Source: the human T2T-CHM13v2.0 reference genome, Homo sapiens. Taken from it: a DNA stretch of 64,000 bases. Position 1 is the stretch's first letter; each line of letters begins with the position of its first letter. Positions 40,043 through 61,029 of the stretch are shown here, piece after piece. The position numbers and the translations under genes are program-made. The DNA is taken from the NCBI RefSeq assembly GCF_009914755.1, contig NC_060943.1; one strand, 5' to 3'. The notes below the pieces were generated by a model. That model ran no database searches. It was not told where the DNA came from and saw only the letters and a list, made by a program, of their open reading frames with translations.

Positions 40043-40611
40043 GTGGGGTTTAAAGCCATGAGATGAGATGATGAGGAAAGACAGTAGGTGTGGACAGAGA
40101 TAAGAAGAGGTTCAAGGACTAAGCCATGAGTCTTTCCCACATTGAGAAACATTCGAAGTCCGGACACAGCAGCAGAGGAAAATGGTCAGGGAGGTGACAA
40201 GAAAATTAAACAGAAAGCTCCTGACAGGAAAAGAAAGACTAAAGCAGGAAAAGAAATACATTGGATTTAGAAATGGGGAGGTCACTGGTGACTCTGAAAA
40301 ATAAAGTTATCAGTGGAATGGTGGATATGCAAGTTTGACTGGATGCATTCAAGAGGGAATGGGAGGCAAGAAGTGAAGACGGAGAGTATAAATAAGATTT
40401 CAGCACAGAAGAGGGGTACTCATACGGGCAGAAATGTAGTTAGTAGTATGTTTTGTTTCAATTAGGGCAGAGTGGAAGGAAACGATAAGCTTTAGGGTCT
40501 GTGTGTGTGCATGCATTTAATGGGCAATACCACCATCAGTAAACAATGTTTAAAATAATTCCCTAGAGGTAAAAATAGACGTTGCAGTTGTTACACTTTA
40601 TAATAGGCCAA

Positions 40612-41285
<674 letters not shown>

Positions 41286-41468
41286 GCCGTTGTTTTGTAC
41301 GAGCCTCCCGCACTACCAGACCAAGCCAGAATGAAGTCTCTCATGCTAAACGCCACATTAGCAAACTGACCCTTGAAATAAGTCACGTTTAGGAAAAAAG
41401 AAAATTCCAAAAAAGAAAACAAGAACAGGAGTTAAAAAATGAATTTGTAATAATTTCCCTCCTTATCA

Positions 41469-41552
41469 CGACATCGTAACAAGGTTTGAGGGAAGCACAT
41501 CTCACATGAGTGTGAAAACCCAATCATCACATTTATTAACTACAAAAGGATC
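41469..41552 (-). pseudogene. U13 (SNORD13) snoRNA retrocopy, 3'-truncated
   Basis: Minus strand GATCCTTTTGTAGTTAATAAATGTGATGATTGGGTTTTCACACTCATGTGAGATGTGCTTCCCTCAAACCTTGTTACGATGTCG matches U13; flanking direct repeats GAATTTGT(AATA/TGTG)ATTT at 41441 and 41553. Confidence 0.88.
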
Positions 41553-41962
41553 GAATTTGTTGTGATTTTGTCCTTCAACAATAAGAAACTGGTAAATGTG
41601 TTTCTCTAAGTTCGGTGAGCCATCCTAGCAAATTAATCAAACCTTTGGCTGGGGTAGTAGGAATGCCAATTTGGAGTCAGTAGGTCAGAAGTATAGGTGA
41701 CAACCTACTACTTTCGAAATGGTAGCTGAAGTGAGCCGGGGAGGTCTTGTGAGACTGAGCCCTTTACCTGTGGGCAACCTGTGGGAGATGACTCTAACTC
41801 CAGGTAGACAGTGCCAGAATTAAATTGAATTCTAAGGCAATCTAGCTGTTGTCTGCTGGAGAATTTTTTAGTGTGTAGGAGAAAACTCCCCAACACTGGC
41901 CACAGAAGAGTTCTGTGTTAAGTGTGAGAGTAGAAAGGAAAAAATTTGTTTTTTCCTTTACA
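41553..41962 (+). mobile_element. MER21-like LTR fragment
   Basis: GTGAGCCATCCTAGCAAATTAATCAAACC...GGTCAGAAGTATAGGTGACAACC...ACTCCAGGTAGACAGTG motifs. Confidence 0.62.
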
Positions 41963-42868
41963 CCCTGCAATTACTAGGCCTGTCATTCTCCAAAGAGCAT
42001 TACCCATCCTCTCCCCAAACTGCCTCCCCAGCACCTAGTGGACCCTCTTGCCTGGAGAAAATATCCCTGTTCCACACTGAGTTTAAAGCATTTTGCCTCG
42101 TAGCTCCCTGTGATTGTTGCAGCAGACAGAGGTGGGGGGAAAGTAATCACCACTGTCCTGGCAGCGAGAAAGTAACAGCTGTATCTTCCGAGGACAGTCC
42201 CAGTTGAAATCTTTGTGCTGCAGGTCGTTGTGATATCATATTCTCTGATTCTTTGAAAAATCTTCCCTAAGCCACCATCCTGCCATAGACCCACCACAGA
42301 AAACCCTCCCTAACGAAAGCCTTTTGTCACTAGAGTTTGAGGCCCTAACGTTCCCCTCCTAAACTGAGACAGGTTTACAAACTTCCTTGGGGTCCACACC
42401 CTTCCCAGATACTCCATAGTGCTCCCCATATCGTGCTACGAAATCCCACATTCCCCAACAACTCATAAACTCCTGCTGACCTAATACACACAAAGATACC
42501 TGAGGACTCAATGACCCAAGACACTCGATTCCATTCATAATGACCCCACCCTTGAACACTGGCACCACCATCTACTAAAACAGATGTCTCCAATGATGCA
42601 CATACCCCAGTGAGACCCAACATCTTCCAAGGAAACTCTCCATATTGACATTTAGATAGTCCAAAATGCATCTATAACCATCTTAACTTGCCGCCCAAAA
42701 TACTCCAAAATAACAAATGTAGCCCCCAAAGTGATGGACCCCACAGAAGTCACTATGGAGAGTGCCTGCTGTGCTGCAGCTCTGGGTTCCATGCCCTCAG
42801 GACCAATGCACCACCACTCCAGCTGCCCACTCTCCCCGTGGGCTCAGCTTAGGACTTGCTCCTCAATT

Positions 42869-42972
42869 CAGCTGACCCTTGAACAATACAGCTTTGGATT
42901 GTGTGGCTCCTTTCAATAAAATTTTCCTCAATAAACATCCTGAAGAATATTTTGGAGATTTGCAGTATTTTG
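42869..42972. mobile_element. Tigger2/MER2-like terminal fragment
   Basis: CAGCTGACCCTTGAACAATACAG resembles the Tigger2 TIR. Confidence 0.55.
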
Positions 42973-42979
42973 TTGGCTG

Positions 42980-44930
<1,951 letters not shown>

Positions 44931-45689
44931 CTGGACGCTTTAACAGTTTGGAAAGTTTTTGAAAAATCTAATAAATTATGGGGTAAAAGTTAAAAAAAGG
45001 CAATATTGAGAAATTAATGACATCAGCTGATTACAGGATGACATCAAATCTTATTTCAGAAGTTAGTAATTATAGAAGAAACTGAATAAACTAAAATTTA
45101 AATCAAGCTTCCAAAATAACAATGAATTAACTGTAAAGCAACTACAAGGAAAAAAGTAAATCCATTAACAAAACAAAAAACCAACACTCTCAACTCTCCT
45201 TCAAAGACATACATTGTAGGCCTGTAGAGGTGGTTCACACATGTAATCCCAGCACCTTCAGGGGCTGAGGAGGATGGAGTGCAGCTGAGAGGCTGCAGTG
45301 AGCCGATATAATTTTACCGCACTCCAGCCTGGGCGACAGAGACCCTGTCTCAAAAAGAGAAAAAACAAACAAAAAACCAAAGATACATCTTGTAGTGACA
45401 GTCAGTCATTTCTTGCCTATTTCTCTCCTCCTCCATCCTCTACTCCCTCCCTGGAAAGAAGAGTTACAAAATGACTGAATCAAGTCACTGCCCTGTGGCT
45501 AAATAGGGATTCCAAATATCTTTTGATATAAACAAATACAAAATGCACAAGCCTTGTAGAAAAGAGTGGTAATTTTCATCCTCATGAGTACAATTTAAAG
45601 AAACAAATTTTAAATTAGAGTATAAAGTCACAAATCAATACATTAAAACCACCATCCATATCCAATCAACTCACAGCTCATCTGGGTGG

Positions 45690-46390
45690 GGTCCTCGCCC
45701 ACTCTCTTCACTACTATGTGTTTCCCGCTCTCATTCTGCACGTCTTTTTTCCCTTTGCTGTTTTTCTCCCCTTTCTTTATTCCCTCTTTTATGTCTATTC
45801 TGCCCAATGCTTCGAAATTTATTTCACCTCTTGTTGCTCTTTCTCCCCAAACTTTCCCATTGTCCCCAGCCGCCACGTATTCCTGCCTCTTTTCCCCCAT
45901 CTGAGCTCCCTGTCTGCTCTCCCTGTTAAAATCCCTCTTCCCTGTTAAATTCCCTTTTCCCTGTTACATCTCCTTTGTTCCCACTCTCTAGCACCCCCAA
46001 CTTCCTAGGCTTCCTCCTTGCTGTGGTTCTCCCTCTACTCTCCTTTGTTACCCACTCCCCTCTCCTTCAGTCCCAGCACCACGTGGCTCTGTCAGCCGCG
46101 GCTCCGACTCTTACCTTTTCCGCCCCCCGCGTCTGACTGCAGTGCCTCCTCCTTTGCCGCCCCTCTCTATTTTGCTGCCCTTCAGCTCCCTGAAGCTCTC
46201 CCTTTTCCCTAATTTCTTTATGTGCTTTTCTCCCCGTGCTACTTTCTCCATGCGTCCTCTTGCACTCTTGCTCTCTTTGCCAGTACCTAAATTATCATCC
46301 ATTTTGCCGTGTACTCATTCTTTTCTCCCCAGTTTTTCTTTCTGTCCCGTCGCTCCCCCTCTTTTCCTCTCCTGATCCCTCTCACCCACA
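45690..46390 (+). repeat. CT-rich low-complexity tract in ZNF616 intron 1
   Basis: Paralog of 1560-2280. Confidence 0.8.
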
Positions 46391-46399
46391 CATTCAGGA

Positions 46400-47400
46400 G
46401 GAAAGGGGAGGAATACGATGCCCACCTCCCGGAAGAGCACATTTTCCAGTGGAGTAAAAATTTGGGAAGGAACGACAGTGGGTGTCACAAGACAGACTCG
46501 GGTGACCTCCTGCAACGCGGAGTCAGGAAAAGCAGTGGCTGTGAAGGGGCAGCCTGGGGAGGGGAAGGACCCGGCGTGAGGAGGACACTAGGTGGCGCGC
46601 GGAGGACACTAGGTGGCGCGGGGGACGGTGTCTCAGGACAGGGAGGGTCTGCAGAATCCCAGGACCTGGGAGAAGAAGCGGCTCCTTCAGGAGCTGGGCA
46701 GCGGGCGCTCCCCTCCAGGCGTCGACAAGGGCGAAGCTCGGGGGTCTCGACTGGTGGGAATCCACCTCGCGAGGGAGGACTTGACTTCGCCCGGGGCCGA
46801 AGCAGGGGTCAATGAGAGTTTTAAGCAGGAACACGACCTGAATGGGGTTATCGACATGGTTATCTACATGGCAGAAAGGCAGGGGGCAAGGAACAGCCTG
46901 AGAGAGATTTTAAACCGACAGGGAAGCAATTCTCGGACTTACGTGGGGAGAAGTGCCTGTTGCAGGGGCGAAGGGGCTATGGGTATTTTAAGGTCCGTAG
47001 CGATCCCCAGATCACTGGTACGGAGAAGTGAGGACTGCAAAGTGCACGTTTAATCCAGGCAGACGGAGCGAAGTAATGTTTAATCCACGTAGACTGAAAC
47101 ACACACACAGCGATAAGGCCTTTCCCTGGCGCAATCTGCTTCCGGGAGTGACGGAAACTGCTAGCGGAGAGAAAAAACTGGGAGGCCAGGGGGCGGGGCC
47201 TGGGCGAGCCGCGACCAGCAAGGGGCGGGTCGGAAAGAGGGGCCTGACTCGGGGAGGGACCCTGAGAGGGTGGAGCCGGGCCGGAGCGGCAGTGGGCGTG
47301 GCTAGGTGGGGCGGGACGGAGCCGCGGCGGAGGATGGGGCGGGGTTTCATGGGGTAAGCGGGGCCGAAATAGAGCCTGTTATTTACTCTGGTTCACAGGC
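46400..47400 (-). promoter_or_regulatory. CpG-island promoter of ZNF616
   Basis: CpG-rich; ETS-like CTTCCGG/CGGAA at about 47139-47158; several GGGGCGGG Sp1 boxes at about 47190-47345. Confidence 0.8.
46943..47150 (-). other. ZNF616: ZNF616 non-coding exon 1 (5' end approximate)
   Basis: Strong donor CAC|GTAAGT at 46942 inside a CpG island, just downstream of ETS and GC boxes; paralogous to 2787-2985. Confidence 0.75.
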
Positions 47401-49055
47401 AGCATGTCTTTGGTTTTCTGACTACTTCTTGTCCTGTGAAGCAGCGTTGCTGCCTGCCTATTTTAAGTTAATGTTTCAAAATTTAAGGTTAAAGCTTAAA
47501 GTTGTGGTCCACTTATATTAGAAACTAAGATGATTTCTTAACAAGTTGAACTAAGTCAAAACCGATTTTTACAAGCTTGGTGGACTCCATCCACTCTTGC
47601 CGATGATGCTGAAGCTACTCAATAGTCAGGGAACTAGGATCTCGCTGGGGATTTGATGTGGAGCCGTGGCTGGATCCAGGAACCCGGAAGACATTATGCC
47701 AAGCGAAATATGCTAGACACAGAAAGACAAATACTGCCTGTGCTTTTACACGTGCAAAGTACAAACGTCAAATTTACAGTAACAGATTAGAAGGGTGGTT
47801 ACCAGGGCTGGGGGATGTATCCTATGCCTTTATCACCATTATATTTTGGAAGCAGATAACTTCTCTGGCCTCACAGATTCACAGCTGGGCAGAAATTTTG
47901 CCTCAGGATGAATCACACCTTGATTCTCACCCATGTGTGGTTCAGATAATATTTAGGGGGTATTCTGCCCTAAGAGCTGATACAGGAATGGATTAAGACT
48001 TTTGAGAGTTGATACTGAAATGGATTAAGTCTTTTGAGATGGGCCAGCAGTTTTGGAGGCCCAGGTGGGCAGGTCACTTGAGCTCAAGAGTTCAAAACCA
48101 GCCTGGACAGCATCGTGAGACCCCCATCTCTACAAGAAATACAAAAAGTAGCCAGGCTTGGTAATGCACTCTTGTAGTCCCAGCTACTTGGGAAGCTGAG
48201 GTGTCAGAATTGCTTGAGGCCAGGGATTTGAGATCATCCTGGGCAACATAGCCAGACCTCTCTACAAAAAATTAAATTATCTGGACATGGTGGCCTGCAC
48301 GTGTGGGCCCAGCAACTCGGAAGGGTAAGGAAGGAGGATCATTTGAGCCCAGGAGGTGAAGGCTGCAGTGAGCCATGAGAAGAGGAGATTTGGTTGGGTG
48401 CAGTGGCTAACGCCTATAATCCCCACACTTTGGGAGGCCAAGGTAGCAGGGAGCTAACTTGCATTCTTCTGTTAGCTGAGGCGTTTGATGATAAATGAAA
48501 GCAGAAAGTTTGTGACTTATTTACGTTCTTTCCACAGAAAGGCCATATGTCCTTGGCCATAAAGAAAAAGAGACCTACAGCTTATCTGCTTCCTCTATTT
48601 TTTTTTATATGTTCTGGACCATGAAGAAAGATTTATAGCTTATTTGCTTTATCTCTTTGCTTTCTCCTGGTCCTTTCAGGCTGACTCCTTTTCCCCAATT
48701 AGGGCTCCACAGACTCTACCCTCAAAGGGCATTTTTTTCTCACCCTCCTATAAAATCCCTCCCACAAATAAACCAGGATCCTATTTCCCAGCATGAAAAG
48801 TTTGTTGGAAAAAAAACTGAGGCTGCATGGGACCTTCTTTCTCTTCTTCAAAACTACTTCACCTCTTCTCTCTTTTGTCTCTCTCTTCCTAACTGCCCTG
48901 CACAATTCTAGGTCCCCAGTGAATCCTTGGGTTGACATGCAAGGGAAGAACCCATAGGGAAAGGAAATCTCTGGCTTTCAGAGATAACTTTTTGGATATC
49001 TGGATGCATTCATAACCATCCTTGTGTTACCAGAAAGGGGTCCTGATCCAGAACC

Positions 49056-49777
49056 TGAAACTTCCATTGCACAATTATAACTGAGAAAATTATTACAGTG
49101 AAAGAGATCTGACCTAATCAACTCCATCTTGCTTTTAACCTCCAAGCTGCTCTTGTTCATTCCTGGGCATAGGCTGAACTAACTTTGGAAGGAACTTAGT
49201 TTATAGTTTGAAACAAAGACATTAACAGCCCTTTCCCAAAACAAACCCCCTTCCTGCTTGGGGACTAGACTGCCTTTGTAAGACTAACAAATTAGGCACA
49301 AGGTGAGAGATGATGGTTTAGGAGTCATGTAGCTGGAGGCTACAAGATTCTCACCCTTCCCAGATTGTTCCTGGGGATAACATTACTATTATAAAACCTA
49401 AGATCAGTGCTTGAGATATTTTGCATTCCCTGCACTTGATGGATCACCTGACACCAACCCAGATCCATAAACTGGCTCATCTGGTCTTGTGACCCCACCC
49501 AGGAACTGACTCAGTGCAAAATGACAGCTTCAGATCTCTATGATTTCGTCTCCTACCCAACCAATCAGCACTCCCGACTCACTGACACCTACCTATCAAA
49601 TTATCCTTAAAAACCCTGATCCCCGAGTTTTCAGGGAGACTCATGTGAGTAATAAAAAAATTTCAGGTTCCTGTACAGCCAGCTCCACATGAATTAAACT
49701 CTCTCTTGCAATTCCCCTGTCTTGATGAATCAGCTCTGTCTAGGCAGCAGGGAAGGAGAACCTGTTGGGCAGTTACA
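49056..49777 (+). mobile_element. LTR8-like solo LTR (paralog of 6725-7439)
   Basis: Same termini and flanks. Confidence 0.7.
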
Positions 49778-50183
49778 ACCAAAAGGGAGGGTTCTTGGAT
49801 CTCATGCAAGAAAGAATTAGGGGTGAGTTCACACTGTAAAGTGAAAGCAAGTTTACTAAGCAAGTAAAGGAACAAGGCAGGGTGCAGTGGCTCACGCCTG
49901 TAATCCCAGCACATTGAGAGAGGCTGAGGTGGGCAGATTGCTTGAACCCAGGAGTTCAAGAGCAACCTGGGCAACATTACAAAACTCTATCTCTACAAAA
50001 AATACAAAAATTAGCCAAGGGTAATGGTGTGCACCAGTAGTCCAAGCTAGTTGGAAGGCTGAGGTTGGAAATTGCTTGAGCCTGGGAGAATTTTTTTTTT
50101 TGAGGCAGTGTCTGGCTCCGGTCACCCAAGCAGTAGTGCAGTAATGCCATCTCGGCTCAGACTCTAATTCAACACGGAATGTT

Positions 50184-50605
50184 GAGCTTCTGAGCGTGAT
50201 ATAGCGGAAGTGCCTTCTCTTCCGGTCTCTCTGGTCTTGGCCGCAGAAGCCAGATGACGAAGGGAACGTCATTGTTTGGAAAGCGTCGCAATAAGACGCA
50301 CACGTTGTGTTGCCGCCGTGGCTCTAAGGCCTACCACCTTCAGAAGTCGACCTGTGGCAAATGTGGCTACGCTGCCAAGCGCAAGAGAAAGTATAACTGG
50401 AGTGCCAAGGCTAAAAGACAAAATACCACCGGAACTGGTGGAATGAGGCACCTAAAAATTGTATACCACAGATTCAGGCATGGATTCTATGAAGGAACAA
50501 TACTTAAACCCAAGAGGGCAGCTGTTGCAGCATCCAGTTCATCTTAAGAATGTCTATGATTAGTCATGCAATAAATGTTCTGGTTTTAAAAAATACAAAA
50601 AAAAA
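50184..50605 (+). pseudogene. RPL37 processed pseudogene with uninterrupted 97-codon ORF (50254-50547); probably RPL37P23
   Basis: About 90% identical to recalled RPL37; intronless; AATAAA at 50570; A-tail; TSD AACACGGAATGTT (50171-50183) / AATACTGAATGTT (50606-50618). Empty paralogous site at about 7881. Confidence 0.95.
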
Positions 50606-51573
50606 AATACTGAATGTTTACTCCTGAAACTTATGATGCCTAGGTTGAGAAAGACTCAATTTTCCTCATGCTAAATACTTTATACATGTCCTTTATTCAT
50701 GCATACATAGGACACTTTACACAATATAATTGTTGAAAGTGCTTCTGAAATACTGTTCAAATTGTCTATAATATTTTTACACATGCACTATAAAAAGTAA
50801 ATTTATCAGACAATAAATATTAAATAATTTAATAAAATTGCATTTTTCAAAGGCTCTAACAATGCATATTTGAGTTATCATATTAAACATTGTATTCTAT
50901 GATTTTTCAACTGTAATATAATTTTTTTTTGAGATGGGATCTTGCTCTCTTGCCCAGGCTGCAGTGTGGTGGTGCAATCACGGCTCATGCAGCCTCCACC
51001 TCCCCAGGCTCAAGTGATCCTCTCACCTCAGTTTTTGTGTTTTTAGTAGAGATGGGGTTTTATAATGTTGCCTAGGCCGGTCTCAAACTTCTGGGCTCAA
51101 TCTGTCCACCTCAGCCTCCCAAAGTGCTAGGAATACAGGCATGAGCCACAGAGCCCAGCCAAAACTACATTTTAAAAATAATTTTTTATCATTACACACT
51201 CCACTAGAAACCATTTAACCCAATTTATGGACTTACATTTCTTCCATTGAAGAACTTGAAGGATCCAAAAATCGAGGTGACATTCTCAGATTTGTGTGGC
51301 AAAAAAAGAATAGAAAAATAACAGATGCAAAGAATGTGTTCCACCAATATGTGGAGGATCCCTTTTATTTTAAGTTCAGGGAAAGCATTGGAATGATACA
51401 AGAAAATAAACTGAAATTGTATAATGTGGAAACAAGAGCTCTGTTGCTAATATGCAAGTTTATCACTGAGATTTTAACAACACAACATGCTAATTATACC
51501 TTAAAATATGTTTCTCCCAGTCTGGGCAACATGGCGAAACCCCATCTCTACAAAAAAATCCAAAAATTAGCTA

Positions 51574-51861
<288 letters not shown>

Positions 51862-52768
51862 TCATGACAGTCTCATGACACTTCTGTTCACTGAGAGCCC
51901 AATAGAGTCCTCGTCACTCACGACATTTCATGGTGGAACAGAAAAATAAAACCTGAATTAACCCTCACATTCAGAAAAGGGAAACAAAGAAGGTACTACC
52001 CAGTAGGTCCATAGCAAATGTGCAATTTTGCTGAGAAGATGAGTTAGGGCCTGGTTCCAGGAGGTCAGGAATGAATAACAGTACTTTTCATGGCTACAGT
52101 TCTCCTGAGAATAGGTTTCCAGTCCACTATATTTTGTCGTTCTTAACTTCACCCGATGACATCCCTCATGCAGTATCAGAAAGTATGCCCTCCTTCTGCA
52201 GTAAGCATCTTTCCCCAGCTACTTCTTTTCCACTTCAATGTACCATCCCAAAGACTATTATAAGTCTAAATTTAATTTTGTTTTTATAAAATACTATGGA
52301 CTGATAGAAGTCTCAAAAGTATAACATTATGAAAAGTATAACAAAAGATAGCATTTTATCTGATGCCATTTCAAAATAGAGACATTTTCAAAGCTAAACC
52401 CATGACTTTAGCTATACCCACGAGTTTTAGGAACCCTTCCTTAGTTTCAGAATTTTATTCCAGTGCTTTTGAACTTCTTGGGCCACAGTCTAGTTTCTAT
52501 TTACTACACTTGCCATTTCATCCACTCTCAAAAAACAATTTCACAAGAGTTACCTTAATCAACTGGCAGGTTATTTCAAAGAACGTTAGGGCTATGGCCT
52601 TGACTTGGACTTTGTTATAATTTTAACTTGCTGTTGCCCCTCAAACCACTTCTCAAATGTGAGTTTTATCAGTTGCAGATGAGCTACTGCTGCAGACTTA
52701 AACATTGCTTGAAAATCAGCTAACTCATTTTTGAAGAATTTACAAAATATTGTGTCAAGTGCAGTTGA

Positions 52769-52930
<162 letters not shown>

Positions 52931-53739
52931 TGAATAGCTGGGATTGCAGGTGCCTGCCACCACGCCTGGCTAATTTTTTTGTATTTTTAGTAGAGACAGG
53001 GTTTCACCATCTTGGCCAGGTTGGTATTGAACTCCTGACCTCGTGATTCACCCACCTCAGACTCCCAAAGTGCTGGGATTACAGGCGTGAGCCACCACAC
53101 CCGGCCCAAGCACCTTCTGCTTTCTTGATCTCTATACTGGCAGGTGGTATTTCCAAGAATGATGCCCCCTCTCCAGGAAACGTTTGCACATGTCTGGAGA
53201 CATTTTTGATTGTCACAATTGGTGGTGTTGCTGGTATCTGGTGGTAAGGAACAGTGATATGTGTTTCCTCCAAATCTCATGTTGAAATATGACCCAAATT
53301 GTTGAAGGTGGGCCGAGTGAAAGGTGCTTGGGTAATGGGGTTGGGTCTCTTCTGAATGGCTTGGTGCTTTCTCCATGATAATGAGTGAGTTCTTAGTCTT
53401 AGTACACTCAAGACCTACCTGTTTAAAAAAGACTAGTGGCCTGGCTGGTGGCTGAAGCCCGTAATCCCAGCACACTGGGAGGCTGAGGCAGGTGGATCAC
53501 AAGATCAGGAGTTCAAGACCAGCCTGGCCAAGATGGTGAACTCTGTCTCTATTAAAAATACAAAAAGTAGCCGGGCATGGTGGCGGGCACCTGTAATCCC
53601 AGCTACTCAGGAGGCTGAGACAGAGAATTGCTTGAACCTAGGAGGCCGAGGTTGCAGTGAACTGACATTGTGCCACTGCACTCCAGCCTGGGCAACAGAG
53701 AGAGACTCTGTCTCAAAAAAAAAAAAAAGAATCCTTCTT

Positions 53740-59495
<5,756 letters not shown>

Positions 59496-59957
59496 TCCTG
59501 GGAGGTGGAGGTTGCAGTGAGCTGAGATAACGCCACTGCACACTAGCCTGGAGGAAAGACCAAAGACTCTCTCAAAACAAAACAAAAACCTCAAATTGAA
59601 TACAATATTTTATAAACTGAATTGGCCTTTTCCACATATGTTCTGGCTCCTTTGACATACATAACGTCCTGAGTTTTAACAAATTTTGTCTTGTAGTTAT
59701 TGTGTAGTATGTAATATTCCAGGCCAATCTTGGAGAAGCAGGCTTGGTTATCCCTAGTATGATTTCAAGGATGTGTAGTCTGTTGTGAGAACTGGTTTTA
59801 AATTTTACCACACTGATTACATTTGTAAGGTTTCTCTCCAGTATGAATTTGGTAAAGACTGAAAACACACTACTGCTTAAAGTCCCTTTCATGTTCAGCA
59901 CATTCATAGGATTTTTCTCCTATATAAATTCTCTCACTCCAAAAGCATGAACATTTG

Positions 59958-60251
59958 ATTTTTTTTTTCTTTTTTTTGAGACAGAGTCTCGCTCTGTCGC
60001 CCAGTCTGGAGGCACGATCTTGGCTCACTGCAAGCTCCACCTCCTGGATTCATGCCATTCTCCTGCCTCAGCCTCCCAAGTAGCTGGGACTACAAGCGCC
60101 CACCACCTCGCCCAGCTAATTTTTCGTATTTTTAGTAGAGACGGGGTTTCACCATGTTAGCCAGGATGGTCTCGATCTCCTGACCTCATGATCCACCTGC
60201 CTCGGCCTCCCAAAGTGCTGGGATTACAGGCGTGAGACACCGCACCTGGCC
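59958..60251 (-). mobile_element. AluY
   Basis: Y-type diagnostics; TSD GAACATTTGATTTTTT at 59949 and 60252. Confidence 0.9.
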
Positions 60252-60592
60252 GAACATTTGATTTTTTAAAAAGTCTTACTACATTTGTTACATTTGTAAG
60301 GTAGCTCTTCAGTATGAATACTCTGGTTTCCATTTTGATGTTCAGGTAAAAGCCTTACCACACATATTACGTTTGTGTGGTTCCTCTCAAAGTTGTATAT
60401 TTTGATGTCTCGTGAGTTCCGATGCCTGGGGAAAGTCTCTGGCACATACGTGTAGATTTCCTATCAGTATAAACTCCCTTCTGTCCAGTAGGGATTGAAC
60501 TCTGGTAAAGGTTTTGCCACACTCTTTTCATTTGTAAAGCATCTCTGCACTATGAATTATCTATAGATCCACAAGTTTTGATCTTTGAATAG

Positions 60593-60982
<390 letters not shown>

Positions 60983-61029
60983 TAGTGAACAATACCTTAA
61001 AACTTAGCTACATTTACTGCATGTGTAAA

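Noticed and set aside
42179-42266. Possible extra 5'UTR exon in unique intron 1 sequence
   Set aside because: No polypyrimidine tract and no GT donor at the expected position.
46765-46774. Palindrome CCTCGCGAGG resembling the BANP/ZBTB33 motif
   Set aside because: Flanks mismatch TCTCGCGAGA, not conserved in the paralog, and likely by chance in a CpG island.
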